Both the position numbers and the translations under genes were made by a program. This document shows positions 1-10,356 of a stretch of DNA of 64,000 nt, piece by piece (within the stretch, counting starts at the first letter, position 1; every line of letters starts with the position of its first letter). Below the pieces are notes generated by a model. The model had not been told where the DNA came from. It saw nothing but the letters and a program-made list of their open reading frames with translations, and searched no databases. Source of the DNA: Oceanispirochaeta sp. (GTDB lineage Bacteria > Spirochaetota > Spirochaetia > DSM-2461); assembly GCA_963663385.2 (NCBI GenBank), contig CAXXXD010000002.1, positions 96,001-160,000 on the forward strand. The letters run 5' to 3'.

Positions 1-1458
1 AACCATTTACAGGGGCTCTCCTTCTCCTTCTTTGACAGGGTTTCCAGCGGTTGGCTGCTGTCCCGGATGACAAGTGATACAAGGCGGATTTCCGAACTGG
101 CCAGCTGGATGCTGGTGGACTCTATCTGGGGCGTTACAAATATACTGGTCTCTCTTGTTTTCATGGCTATTATAAACTGGAAACTGGCTATCCTGATGCT
201 TGTTATCCTGCCCCTGCTGGCTGTGGCTGCCGTCAAATTCAAGGGACGGATAATCAGGGAATACCGAAAGGTCCGTTCCATAAATTCCAGAATCACCACC
301 GCCTACAATGAAAGTATTAATGGGGTGCGGGTTGTAAAAGCGCTGACCCGGGAGAAAAGGAATCTGAATCAGTTCGGCGGTCTGTCGGGTGAAATGTTCA
401 GAGCCTCTTTCAGAGCAGGCTGGCTGTCTTCCCTTTTTCTCCCTATTGTTCAGCTTATAACGTCCTTCGCTTTGGGGGGGATCATCCTTTACGGCGGATG
501 GGAAATCAATCTGGGAAGAATGACGATCGGCGGTCTCAGGGCTTTTGTCGGTTATATAACCTTTATGCTCTGGCCCATACAGGAGATGGCCCGGGTTTTC
601 AGCGAGATGCAGCAGGCTATCGCCAGTGCCGAGAGGGTCTTTTCCCTGCTTGATCTGGAAGCGGATATCCAGGATAGGGAGGGCGCTCTTAAAAAGGCTT
701 CCTTCCGGGGTGATGTGGAAATACGGGATGTATCCTTCCATTACAGGGAGAATGCGCCGGTGCTGAAGAACTTCTCTCTGAATGTAAAAGCCGGTGAGAC
801 TGTTGCGATTGTCGGCCCTACAGGCGGGGGGAAAACAACCCTTGTCAGTCTGATCTCACGCTACTATGAACCGGTAAAGGGACAGATCCTCCTTGACGGC
901 AGAGATTACCGGGAGTTCTCTCAGAGCGCTCTGCAGTCCCGTATCGGAGTTGTTCTGCAAAAACCCCATCTCTTTTCCGGAACGGTCAGGGATAATCTTC
1001 TCTACGGCCGCCCCGATGCGGAAGAGGCCGATCTTCTGGAAGCGGCCCGTATCGCCTGTGCAGACGAGATGATCCGGCAGCTGCCGAACGGCTATGACGA
1101 AACCGTAGGGGAAGAGGGGACCCTTCTGTCTGTGGGACAGAAGCAGCTGATTTCCCTGGCAAGAACCATCCTGGCCGATCCGGATATTATAATTATGGAT
1201 GAAGCTACCAGCTCCATCGATACCAGAACAGAGCAGAATATACAGACGGGACTGGAACACCTCCTTACAGGACGAACCAGTTTTATCATTGCCCACAGGC
1301 TGTCCACTATCCGTAACGCCGATCGGATTCTGGTTGTGGAGAATGGCAGGATCCGGGAAGAAGGGAATCACTCATCGCTTCTCCGTCAGAAAGGGCATTA
1401 TTACAGCCTTTACACCAGTCAGTTCCGCAAGGACCATACTTCACTTTTGCTGAGCTGA
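1..1458 (+). CDS. ABC exporter, fused permease/ATP-binding subunit (5'-truncated by the window edge)
   Basis: Frame is open from base 1 (NHLQGLSFSFFDRVSSGWLLSRMTSD). TM helices are followed by Walker A GPTGGGKT, signature LSVGQKQ, Walker B IIIMDE and IAHRLSTI. Confidence 0.9.
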   Translation, partial: NHLQGLSFSFFDRVSSGWLLSRMTSDTRRISELASWMLVDSIWGVTNILVSLVFMAIINWKLAILMLVILPLLAVAAVKFKGRIIREYRKVRSINSRITTAYNESINGVRVVKALTREKRNLNQFGGLSGEMFRASFRAGWLSSLFLPIVQLITSFALGGIILYGGWEINLGRMTIGGLRAFVGYITFMLWPIQEMARVFSEMQQAIASAERVFSLLDLEADIQDREGALKKASFRGDVEIRDVSFHYRENAPVLKNFSLNVKAGETVAIVGPTGGGKTTLVSLISRYYEPVKGQILLDGRDYREFSQSALQSRIGVVLQKPHLFSGTVRDNLLYGRPDAEEADLLEAARIACADEMIRQLPNGYDETVGEEGTLLSVGQKQLISLARTILADPDIIIMDEATSSIDTRTEQNIQTGLEHLLTGRTSFIIAHRLSTIRNADRILVVENGRIREEGNHSSLLRQKGHYYSLYTSQFRKDHTSLLLS

Positions 1459-1474
1459 TCCGGATTGAGCCCAT

Positions 1475-1520
1475 AAGGGATGGTAAAAAAAATTGCTGTT
1501 TTTTTATCATCCCTTTTTTA
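1475..1520 (+). terminator. Rho-independent terminator of the ABC gene; target hairpin of the group IIC intron
   Basis: Stem AAGGGATGGTAAAAAAA / TTTTTTTATCATCCCTT followed by a T-run. Confidence 0.75.
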
Positions 1521-1524
1521 TTTG

Positions 1525-3513
1525 GTACGCCCGACATGGCTGTACGCTAATGAGGTGAAAGTCCTCTACAGGTGCCCACGTATAGTGAACATGCTATACC
1601 AACTGTTAGCTGAAGGCAAGGGCATTTCCGCGAGGGAATGTCTGGAGGAAGCCGGAATGCAAAACCGGGAGCCCATGTACAAGAATGTGATAGAAGGCTC
1701 AGTTCCAGAGGCGAGTCAGCCAATGATGACGATGCCCCGTGGGTATGGAATAGGGTAAATCACAGGGTTGTCCGGGGACAGTGTACAGTCTTATTCGGGG
1801 AGATCTGTCTGCGGGGCGGTAATGTGTTCTTTTAAACTGAGAATCCGGTAGGGAACCGGAAAACCAATCCCCGGCTTTTCAGAGGGTGACACTCTGGAAA
1901 TGAGCAAGATTATCTTGAGTACAAATAAGTCGTCACAGGTTTAAAAGCACGGTATAGCATCAACGGGAGCAATCTCGTTGATTAGCAGGCAGAAGTCAGC
2001 AGAAGGCATAGTAACCAACGCCCGGAGTAATGTCCGGTTCACGGTGAAGGCCTGAACATTTCACAAGGAGGAGCCTTATGGTTCTCAAAGGAACAATTTT
2101 AGCACTGGCCGAAATAACTTTTGGCGAATTATGGAGAAACCAGCCTTGAACGATTCTATGATGGATTTGATTTTATCATCTGAAAACATGCGTAAGGCCT
2201 GGAAACAGGTCAAACGCAATGGCGGCAGTCCGGGAGTCAATGGCATGACTATTGAGAAATTTCCGGAATATCTACGCAGAAGATGGAGTAAAATCAAGCA
2301 AGCTTTGCTTTTGGGGTACTATGTACCCTCTCCGGTGCTCAGGGTGGAAATCCCCAAGAGATCCGGAGGTATGCGAATGCTGGGTATTCCCACTATTTTA
2401 GACAGGGTTATCCAACAGGCTATTTCACAGGTTTTGAATCCTCTATTCGATTCGGATTTTTCGGAAAGCAGTTTTGGATTCAGGCCGGGAAGATCGGCTC
2501 ACGGAGCAGTACGACAGGTAAATACCTATGTTAAATCGGGATACAAGTATGCAGTTGATCTGGACTTGGAAAAGTTCTTTGATACGGTAAATCACGATAT
2601 TCTGATGCATTGTGTGGCTAAGAAAGTCCGGGACAAATCAGTCCTGAAATTGATTGGCCGCTACCTGAGAGCCGGTATTATGGACAAGGAGGGGATTAAA
2701 ATCCCTACTGAAATCGGGACTCCTCAAGGAGGCCCGTTATCACCTCTACTTTCCAATATCCTTCTTGATAATTTCGATAAGGAGTTGGAACGGAGAAACC
2801 TGTGCTTTGCACGTTACGCAGATGATGCATTAATTGTATCAAAACGCCTGTGTGATGGAAAAGCTATATTGACTGAAATAAGTGATTATCTCAGTCGCAG
2901 GTTAAAATTGGTTGTAAACCAGAAGAAAAGCAAGGTGTGTAAAATCTCCGAATGCAGTTTTCTGGGATTCACTTTCAAGGGTAAGAAAATCCGATGGACT
3001 GAATCATCCTTTCGGGAGTTTCAATATCAGTTAAAGCATTTGACAAGACGGTCTTGGGGGGTATCAATGGAATATCGATTCCGGAAACTTAACGAGTATA
3101 TCCGGGGGTGGATGAACTATTATGGTATTTCCCAATATTACAGACCTCTACAATCAATTGATGAATGGCTGAGAAGAAGAATCCGTATGTGCTACTGGAA
3201 ACAGTGGCGTTACCCCAGAACAAAAGTCAGGAAACTGATGGAGCTGGGTATTCCGAAAGATTTTGCCATTATGACAGGAGCAAGTAGTAAGTCCTACTGG
3301 CATCTGTCAAAAGGCTATGCAACCAATGCCGCTATGTCCAATAAATGGTTGGAAGAGCAAGGATTGATCAATATTAAGGCCCTCTGGTGTAAAATCCAGG
3401 GCTACACATGATCAAATTATAGTTTCGTTTGCTCCATGGAGTGAACCGCCCTGTGCGGACCCGCATGCAGGGTGGTGTGGGGGCTGGAGGTTAAAAGCCT
3501 CCGGCTACCCGAT
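1525..3513 (+). mobile_element. Group IIC intron (ribozyme plus RT/maturase ORF)
   Basis: 5' end GTACGCCCGACATGG (boundary +/-1 nt). D3 AAGTCAGCAGAAGGCATAGTA. D5 GAACCGCCCTGTGCGGACCCGCATGCAGGGTGGTGTG with a CGC triad. D6 ends CTACCCGAT at 3513. Located just after a terminator. Confidence 0.92.
2131..3411 (+). CDS. ltrA: Group II intron reverse transcriptase/maturase, no endonuclease domain
   Basis: RT0 AWKQVKRNGGSPGVNG, IPKRSGGMRMLGIPT, GTPQGGPLSPLLSNI, RYADD, FLGF, and maturase X domain IRGWMNYY; 426 aa. Confidence 0.95.
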   Translation: MEKPALNDSMMDLILSSENMRKAWKQVKRNGGSPGVNGMTIEKFPEYLRRRWSKIKQALLLGYYVPSPVLRVEIPKRSGGMRMLGIPTILDRVIQQAISQVLNPLFDSDFSESSFGFRPGRSAHGAVRQVNTYVKSGYKYAVDLDLEKFFDTVNHDILMHCVAKKVRDKSVLKLIGRYLRAGIMDKEGIKIPTEIGTPQGGPLSPLLSNILLDNFDKELERRNLCFARYADDALIVSKRLCDGKAILTEISDYLSRRLKLVVNQKKSKVCKISECSFLGFTFKGKKIRWTESSFREFQYQLKHLTRRSWGVSMEYRFRKLNEYIRGWMNYYGISQYYRPLQSIDEWLRRRIRMCYWKQWRYPRTKVRKLMELGIPKDFAIMTGASSKSYWHLSKGYATNAAMSNKWLEEQGLINIKALWCKIQGYT

Positions 3514-3587
3514 TACATTAATCATCCTGACCTTATAATTTACGTTACTGTTATTAGGGAAAACCGCATATATAGGGAGATCTCCTG

Positions 3588-5162
3588 TTGATGGAACCGG
3601 ATAAAAAACGGAAAAGTGTCCAGCACAAAATACTGGTCCGTTCACTTCTCTATTTTATTTTTATGCTTACCCTGTCTCTGATCATCGTCTGCGGATTCTC
3701 TCTGTTAGCCCGTTCAAGAACTCTCAGGGAATATAAAATAAAGGCCATGTCTCAGCTGGAGTATCAAAGCGGTCTTATTCAGAATCATTTTCAGTCTGTC
3801 CGTTCCGATATCCTTTTTCTCCCCCGGTTGAATGAAATGATAAGGTACAGGGATGTGAACAATGACGTTGACAGGCGGTATATTGAGCAGGAATTTCTGG
3901 AGTTCACCAGAAGCAAAATGGTGTATGACCAGATCCGTTTTTTAGACCGGTCAGGTATGGAACAGGTTCGGATCAATTTTAACAATGGTTCTCCCTCTAT
4001 TGTCGAAGAAGAGGATCTGCAGGATAAAAGTGACCGATACTATTTTAGAGATTCCATTAAACAGGCCGAAGGGGATGTCTACATTTCTCCTTTTGACCTG
4101 AATAAAGAGTATGGAAAAATAGAACTGCCCTATAACCCTATGATACGTTTCGGAACGCCCCTGTTTGACAGTCAGGGGGAGATTGCCGGTGTTATCATCC
4201 TGTACTACCTGGGGGATACCATGCTGGAAGATCTTCGAACAGCCAACAGGAATTATCCGGGAAGTTTCTTTTTACTGAATATGAATGGGTATTGGCTTTT
4301 CAGTGATAAGAGGGAGGATGAATGGGGGTTTATGTTTCCGGATCGTCAAAATCTGACCCTCTCCGAAAGAGATCCAGTGGTATGGGAAAAAGTCTCCGGT
4401 TCAACAAAAACACAGTTTGTACAGGATGACGTACTGGTTTCATCCCTGATTCTGACTCCCTTTCCGGATATCTGCTGCCATACCCAGGAAAGAAGCTGGA
4501 TACTGATGAATACCATTATCCTGGATGAGATGGGAATAAGCGGCCATTTTATGGACTCCAATTTGAGTTATATAGTCCTTATCATTGTCTTTCTCTGTGC
4601 TGTTTTCTCCCTCCTTCTAGGAAAAACAATCATACATAAAAATCTGTACCGGGAAGCACTGATCACCTCTGCCCTGTATGATAACCTGACCGGACTCCCG
4701 AACCGGAAGCTATTGAATGAACGGGCTCAGACGGCTCTTGAAAGCTCCAGACGCTACAGGCGGCATATGGCTCTAATCTTTATAGATCTGGACGGTTTTA
4801 AAGCCGTCAATGACTCCCTGGGACATGAAGCGGGGGACGAACTCCTCAAACAGGTGGGTGAGCGTATGATCAAGTCCGTACGGTCTGCCGATACGGTAGC
4901 CCGTTTTGGGGGAGATGAATTTATTATTCTTCTGTCGGAAGTGGGGGGAGCGGAAAGTTGTGAACCCATAGCCCGTAAAATTCTGGAGAACCTCTCAAGA
5001 GAATTTTCTCTGACTTTGGGACCGGTTACGATTGGGGGGAGTCTGGGTATTGTTGTTTCCGATCCGGAAAGTACTGACTCCCTGAAAACTCTTATACAGA
5101 AAGCTGATGCAGCTATGTATGATGTGAAAAACTCGGGAAAGAATAATTATATAATTGTCTGA
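3588..5162 (+). CDS. Membrane diguanylate cyclase with a periplasmic Cache-type sensor
   Basis: TM, then dCache-like region (YDQIRFLD, DKSDRYYF, PMIRFGTP), TM, then DNLTGLPNR and RFGGDEF with I-site RSAD. Confidence 0.9.
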   Translation: MMEPDKKRKSVQHKILVRSLLYFIFMLTLSLIIVCGFSLLARSRTLREYKIKAMSQLEYQSGLIQNHFQSVRSDILFLPRLNEMIRYRDVNNDVDRRYIEQEFLEFTRSKMVYDQIRFLDRSGMEQVRINFNNGSPSIVEEEDLQDKSDRYYFRDSIKQAEGDVYISPFDLNKEYGKIELPYNPMIRFGTPLFDSQGEIAGVIILYYLGDTMLEDLRTANRNYPGSFFLLNMNGYWLFSDKREDEWGFMFPDRQNLTLSERDPVVWEKVSGSTKTQFVQDDVLVSSLILTPFPDICCHTQERSWILMNTIILDEMGISGHFMDSNLSYIVLIIVFLCAVFSLLLGKTIIHKNLYREALITSALYDNLTGLPNRKLLNERAQTALESSRRYRRHMALIFIDLDGFKAVNDSLGHEAGDELLKQVGERMIKSVRSADTVARFGGDEFIILLSEVGGAESCEPIARKILENLSREFSLTLGPVTIGGSLGIVVSDPESTDSLKTLIQKADAAMYDVKNSGKNNYIIV

Positions 5163-5165
5163 AGG

Positions 5166-6164
5166 TCAATCAACGATACGCATTTTTGTAGGTAAACGCA
5201 GTATTCTGGGCTTATCTTTAAGCCCCTTTATCCTCTGCATTAGGATATCCGCCGCCTTCTGCCCGATCTCTTCCATCGGCTGGGCTACGATAATGCTGGA
5301 ATAGGGGAAAAAAGCGGCCAGCGGCAGATCGTCAAAGGAGAGAATATGCAGGCCCTTTGCATCGATTCCGCTTTCCAGCAGATACCGGGCGGCTCCCAGG
5401 TGCATAAAATAGTTGGAAATAAATATATGCTGAGGGGGATTGGCATGCTCCATAAGGGTCCGCATCAGGACATACCCGCTTCGGCTGTGATAGTCTCCGA
5501 AAAGGACAATTGACTCATCCGGAGTAAGGCTGTTATCCTCCAGCGCTTTCATGTATCCCTTATAGCGTTCTTTGGCTGATGTCAGATTCATATCTCCGCC
5601 CAGAAATCCGATCCTGTCGGCCCCCTTGCTGATTGAGTACTGTACTGCCTCGTAGGTTCCCTTGTAGTTATCTGACAGGACCGCATCTGTATCAAAATCA
5701 TCAACAACCCGGTCCACCAGGACAATCGGTTTCCCTTCAAAAACTGAAAAATGCTCCCCCCGGCTGCTTCCGGGGATAATAATGGCGCCATCTACATTTT
5801 TCTCGTTGAGGAGCTCTATCTGCTCTTTCTCCTTTGATGTATCTTCACTAGAACTGCAGAGAATAACCGAGTATCCGTGCTTCTTCAGCTCTCTTTCAAT
5901 TCCGGTTACAATATTCATAAAAAAATCATTGCTGAACTCGGGAGCAATTATCCCTATGGTATGAGTCTTGTTTGTCTTTAAACTGCGGGCCACCTGATTC
6001 ATTCTGTATCCCAGTTTTCTGATGGAATCCCTTACGCTTTCGGCCGTATCCGCTTTTACCTTGGGATCCCCATTGAGTACCCTTGATACGGTAGCCGTGG
6101 AAACCCCCGCATGAAGGGCAACATCCTTTACTGTAACTGTATGACTTTTTCTATTCGTTTTCAA
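5166..6164 (-). CDS. LacI-family transcriptional regulator, divergent from fucI
   Basis: N-terminal [24 protein letters not shown] plus a periplasmic-binding-protein-like sugar domain; TTG start. Confidence 0.93.
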   Translation of the reverse strand: MKTNRKSHTVTVKDVALHAGVSTATVSRVLNGDPKVKADTAESVRDSIRKLGYRMNQVARSLKTNKTHTIGIIAPEFSNDFFMNIVTGIERELKKHGYSVILCSSSEDTSKEKEQIELLNEKNVDGAIIIPGSSRGEHFSVFEGKPIVLVDRVVDDFDTDAVLSDNYKGTYEAVQYSISKGADRIGFLGGDMNLTSAKERYKGYMKALEDNSLTPDESIVLFGDYHSRSGYVLMRTLMEHANPPQHIFISNYFMHLGAARYLLESGIDAKGLHILSFDDLPLAAFFPYSSIIVAQPMEEIGQKAADILMQRIKGLKDKPRILRLPTKMRIVD

Positions 6165-6270
6165 ATCGGACCTGCTTTTCTTTGAGAAGAATACGCATCA
6201 AACCCCGCCTTGGCAATCCTGTAAAAAATAATCTAAAGAAAAACCTTGCATCTTATCGGAAGCTATGTAA

Positions 6271-6290
6271 AAATGTAATCGATTACATTT
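6271..6290. promoter_or_regulatory. LacI-type operator upstream of fucI
   Basis: Perfect 20-bp palindrome AAATGTAATCGATTACATTT with central CG, next to a putative -35 TTGCAT (6246) and an AT-rich -10. Confidence 0.8.
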
Positions 6291-6325
6291 ATTTTGTAAA
6301 GATTTTTTTTCAGGAGAGTGAAAAG

Positions 6326-8128
6326 ATGAAAATAGAAACAGTAAAACCTGTAAACAGATTAAAGGGACAGATGCCCAAAGTGGGAATCCGTCCTGTCATT
6401 GACGGTAGAGAAAAAGGCGTAAGGGAATCTCTGGAAGTTCAGACCATGAACATGGCCAGGTCGGCTGCCAGGCTGATTGAGGAAAACCTGCGCCACTCCA
6501 ATGGACTCCCCGTAGAGTGCGTGATTGCAGACAGTACTATCGGCGGCGTGGCAGAAGCAGCTGAGTGTGCTGACAAATTTTCCCGGGAGGGAGTCGGGGT
6601 ATCCCTGACCGTTACTCCCTGCTGGTGTTACGGAACAGAAGTAATGGATACGGATCCCCTGCTTCCCAAAGCTGTATGGGGCTTCAACGGTACGGAAAGA
6701 CCCGGTGCTGTTTACCTGGCTGCCGCTCTGGCAGGGTATACCCAGAGAGGGCTTCCCGCGTTCGGGATTTACGGGCGGGATGTTCAGGATTCGGACGATA
6801 CGAGTATCCCCGAGGATGTAAAGGAGAAAATCCTCCGTTTTGTTAACGCGGCTCTTGCTGTATCAACCATGAAGGGGAAGTCCTACCTTTCCCTTGGAGG
6901 AATGTCCATGGGAATCGCCGGATCTCTGGTAAACCAGGACTTTCTGCTGGACTACCTGGGAATGCGGACGGAAGTTGTGGATATGAGCGAGGTCGCCCGT
7001 CGTGTGGAAGAGAACATCTTTGATCCGGAAGAGTATGAAAAGGCTTTAAAATGGGTTAAGGAGAACTGTACGGAACAGGAAGACACGGTCAATGCGCCCG
7101 AATACCGCAGATCAGCGGAGCAGAGAGAGGCAGACTGGGAGTATGTGGTTAAGATGGTTCTGATCGGTAAGGACCTTATGATTGGAAATCCCAAATTGAA
7201 AGAGATGGGATTCGGAGAAGAATCTCTGGGACGTAATGCTATCGCCGGCGGATTCCAGGGACAGAGATCCTGGACTGATCACTATCCCAACGGCGACTTT
7301 ATGGAAACCATGCTTAACACATCCTTTGACTGGAACGGTATCCGGGAAGCCTTTGTTTTCGCTACCGAAAATGACCATCTGAACGGAATCACCATGCTTT
7401 TCGGTCATCTTCTGAGCAATACGGCTCAGATTTTCAGTGATGTAAGAACCTACTGGAGCCCTGACGCCATCGAGAGGGTAACCGGCTGGAAACCCGACGG
7501 GTTGGCCAAAGAGGGATTTATCCATCTGATTAACTCCGGTTCCACCACTCTGGACGGCGCCGGTCAGATGTCCGATGCCGAAGGAAATCCTGTAATGAAA
7601 CCCTTCTGGGATATAACCCCCGAGGATGTTGAAAAGACCATGAAGGCAACCGAGTTTTGTGTGGGTGACGGCGGATACTTCCGGGGCGGCGGATATTCTT
7701 CCGATTTCCTTACAAAAGGCGGAATGCCCTGTACCATGGCAAGGCTGAATATGGTTAAAGGTCTGGGACCTGTTCTGCAGATTGCGGAAGGATGGACAGT
7801 GGATGTTCCTCAGAATGTTCATGACATTCTGGATACCAGAACCAACCCCACCTGGCCCACAACCTGGTTTGTTCCCCGGACTACCGGCGAAGGTTCCTTC
7901 AAAGATGTTTATACGGTAATGGCTAAATGGGGAGCCAATCATGGCGCCATCAGTTACGGCCATATCGGAGCGGATCTGATAACCCTCTGTTCCATGCTGC
8001 GGATTCCTGTCTGTATGCACAATGTAGAGGGTGAGCTCTTCCGGCCCAGTGCCTGGGCTTCATTCGGAATGGATGACGAAGGGGCTGACTACCGGGCCTG
8101 CAAGAACTTCGGACCAGTATACGGTTAA
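6326..8128 (+). CDS. fucI: L-fucose isomerase
   Basis: [61 protein letters not shown]. The ATG at 6326 after AGGAGAG is preferred over the track's TTG at 6182. Confidence 0.95.
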   Translation: MKIETVKPVNRLKGQMPKVGIRPVIDGREKGVRESLEVQTMNMARSAARLIEENLRHSNGLPVECVIADSTIGGVAEAAECADKFSREGVGVSLTVTPCWCYGTEVMDTDPLLPKAVWGFNGTERPGAVYLAAALAGYTQRGLPAFGIYGRDVQDSDDTSIPEDVKEKILRFVNAALAVSTMKGKSYLSLGGMSMGIAGSLVNQDFLLDYLGMRTEVVDMSEVARRVEENIFDPEEYEKALKWVKENCTEQEDTVNAPEYRRSAEQREADWEYVVKMVLIGKDLMIGNPKLKEMGFGEESLGRNAIAGGFQGQRSWTDHYPNGDFMETMLNTSFDWNGIREAFVFATENDHLNGITMLFGHLLSNTAQIFSDVRTYWSPDAIERVTGWKPDGLAKEGFIHLINSGSTTLDGAGQMSDAEGNPVMKPFWDITPEDVEKTMKATEFCVGDGGYFRGGGYSSDFLTKGGMPCTMARLNMVKGLGPVLQIAEGWTVDVPQNVHDILDTRTNPTWPTTWFVPRTTGEGSFKDVYTVMAKWGANHGAISYGHIGADLITLCSMLRIPVCMHNVEGELFRPSAWASFGMDDEGADYRACKNFGPVYG

Positions 8129-8162
8129 TATTATAGCAGACTCCAGGCGGTGATATACAGCA

Positions 8163-8200
8163 GGGCGGGCATCCGGATCAGGATAGCCCGCCTTTCCTTT
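8163..8200 (+). terminator. Terminator after fucI
   Basis: GGCGGGC...GCCCGCC stem followed by TTTCCTTT. Confidence 0.65.
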
Positions 8201-8244
8201 CTCTCCTTATTGACAGAAGCTTCCCGGCCGATCATATTTTAAGA

Positions 8245-10356
8245 ATGGACGAATCAAACCTGTCCGAAATAGACAGGCTCTGTGAACAATCTCTACTGAT
8301 GACCTATCAGAATCTCACAAAAGCATACTCTCTGGCGGAAGAGTGTCTGGATAAGGCGGAGCAGGCCGATTATTCCAAAGGGATTATGAACTCCCGTATT
8401 ATACTGTCCATCCTGGAAATATATAAGGGGAACCTTGATCTGGTCAGGGATAAGCTGAGCCATATAGAACAGGAACTTGTGTCCCAGGCTTATCCCGATG
8501 AATGTCTGATGTATCTCAGTTTTGTCCGGGGACTCTACTTTCTGTGGGATGGTAACTACAGGGACTCCTTTGATGCCTTCATCCGCTGCAGTGTACTGTC
8601 TGCCCGCCTGGGGAACCAGCTTTTTCAGGGACTCAGCGATAACGCCAAGGGCTGTGTGAAACTGGATCAGCAGGAATGTCGTGAAGCATACGATTACTTC
8701 AAAAGCGCCAGTTCCAGATTCCGGTCAGATGAAAATCGGGTCTTAAAGGAAATAATCTCATTGAATATGGGCTGTGCCCTTCATGAAATGGGAGAGAGTA
8801 TCCAGGCTGAAACCATACTTAAAAATACCCTCAAAACAACAATTGATCAGGGGTGGGAAATCCTGGAGTGCTCCGTACTGGATGAGCTGGGCAGGATGAT
8901 GCAGGAGCAGGGCCGGTTTGATCAGGCTGAAGAGTACCTTGAAGAGGGCATCTCCAAAAGCCGTAAACTGGATCTCATAGATGTCTATATGAGTCTGATC
9001 AGTATAAAGGCCCGTATCCTGATTCAGAAGGGACAGGTTGGAGAGGCCAGAAAGCTTCTGACCGAGGAAGTTACAGAGAAACAGAAGGACCTGCATCGAT
9101 TTGTCTATTATCAGCTATTGGCAGATATTCACGAACTGCAGGGCGACTATCGGGAAGCCCTGAAGAATTATAAAAAATACAACGAATTGCAGCAGAAACT
9201 TCTGGGAGAAGATGTGACCCTGTCCATATTAAGGCAGGAAAATAAAATCCTGAAGGAATCCAATCATCAGCTCAGGCTTATCAGTACGATTGGTCAGGAA
9301 CTTGTGGCAAATCTGGATATCGGCCGGATATTGAATCTGATCTATGCCCAGATGAATGTTCTGATGCCGGTGGATCTTCTTCTTGTCGCTCTGGTGGAGA
9401 ATGAAGAGATTAATGTGAAATTCGCTCTTGAAAACGGATCCCGTCTGAAACCCGCCAGAATACGGGTGGATAATCCCGACAGTCTTCTGGCCTGGACAGT
9501 AAGGAATCAAAAAGAAATCTTTATGCGTGACAGCTGCAGGGAGTATTGGAGTTTTTCCAATTCCATAACCAAACATCCCGATGGAACCGATGATCTGTTC
9601 AAATCAATTATCTGTATTCCCCTCTGGTTTATAAATGAGATAGTCGGGGTTATTTCTGTTCAAAGCCGGCAGATCAGTGCCTATTCCGACAGGGATCTTG
9701 AGAATCTCAGGGCGCTGGGGACTTATGCGGGAATTGCCATCCGTAATGCCCTGCAGACCGAAAAAATGAATGAAATGAATCAGGTTCTGAAACATCAGTC
9801 CGCTACGGACAGTTTAACCGGTCTGGTAAACCGCCGAGAGATGGTTCAGCAGGCCAGGAGCATCTGGCGTGTCTGTCGCAGGAATAAATTCTGGTTTTCC
9901 GTTGTTATGATCGATCTGGATCATTTTAAAAAGGTTAACGATGCCCATGGCCATACTGTGGGTGATATTGTATTGAAAAAGGTCGGAACCATTCTGAGGC
10001 AGTCTTTTCAGAGGGCTCTGGACTGTGCCTGCCGATACGGTGGGGAAGAGCTTATGGTTGTGGCAGGTGAAATGACTCCCCGGGAAGCGGCCGCCCGCAT
10101 GGAACTGATCCGCAAAGAACTGGGGAATATCGAGTTTAAGGGGAAGAATGGCGAGATCTTCAAAGTCTGTTTCAGCTGTGGTGTCTACGGGGAAATCCCT
10201 GCTGATGATATCAGAATCAGATTAACAAAGCTTACCAGTATTGTCGACAATTATCTCTATATGGCAAAAAACAATGGTCGTAACTGCACCTATCTATCGG
10301 ATAAGTCTGACAAGCCGGCTATACGATTCGTCCCTGATTCTTCTGTCTCCGATTGA
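8245..10356 (+). CDS. TPR-GAF-GGDEF diguanylate cyclase
   Basis: N-terminal helical TPR-like repeats, GAF (SIICIPL...VGVISVQS), DSLTGLVNR, RYGGEEL with I-site RALD. Confidence 0.88.
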   Translation: MDESNLSEIDRLCEQSLLMTYQNLTKAYSLAEECLDKAEQADYSKGIMNSRIILSILEIYKGNLDLVRDKLSHIEQELVSQAYPDECLMYLSFVRGLYFLWDGNYRDSFDAFIRCSVLSARLGNQLFQGLSDNAKGCVKLDQQECREAYDYFKSASSRFRSDENRVLKEIISLNMGCALHEMGESIQAETILKNTLKTTIDQGWEILECSVLDELGRMMQEQGRFDQAEEYLEEGISKSRKLDLIDVYMSLISIKARILIQKGQVGEARKLLTEEVTEKQKDLHRFVYYQLLADIHELQGDYREALKNYKKYNELQQKLLGEDVTLSILRQENKILKESNHQLRLISTIGQELVANLDIGRILNLIYAQMNVLMPVDLLLVALVENEEINVKFALENGSRLKPARIRVDNPDSLLAWTVRNQKEIFMRDSCREYWSFSNSITKHPDGTDDLFKSIICIPLWFINEIVGVISVQSRQISAYSDRDLENLRALGTYAGIAIRNALQTEKMNEMNQVLKHQSATDSLTGLVNRREMVQQARSIWRVCRRNKFWFSVVMIDLDHFKKVNDAHGHTVGDIVLKKVGTILRQSFQRALDCACRYGGEELMVVAGEMTPREAAARMELIRKELGNIEFKGKNGEIFKVCFSCGVYGEIPADDIRIRLTKLTSIVDNYLYMAKNNGRNCTYLSDKSDKPAIRFVPDSSVSD

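Noticed and set aside
1475..1524. Intron target as an integron attC site
   Set aside because: No RYYYAAC/GTTRRRY boxes or integrase; the hairpin plus T-run fits a terminator.
1480..1835. 92-aa and 65-aa ORFs before the RT gene
   Set aside because: They overlap the terminator and intron domain I and show no protein motifs.
2131..3411. RT as a retron, DGR or defence RT
   Set aside because: Complete group II ribozyme D5/D6 and a maturase domain are present; no retron VTG motif, template repeat or avd gene.
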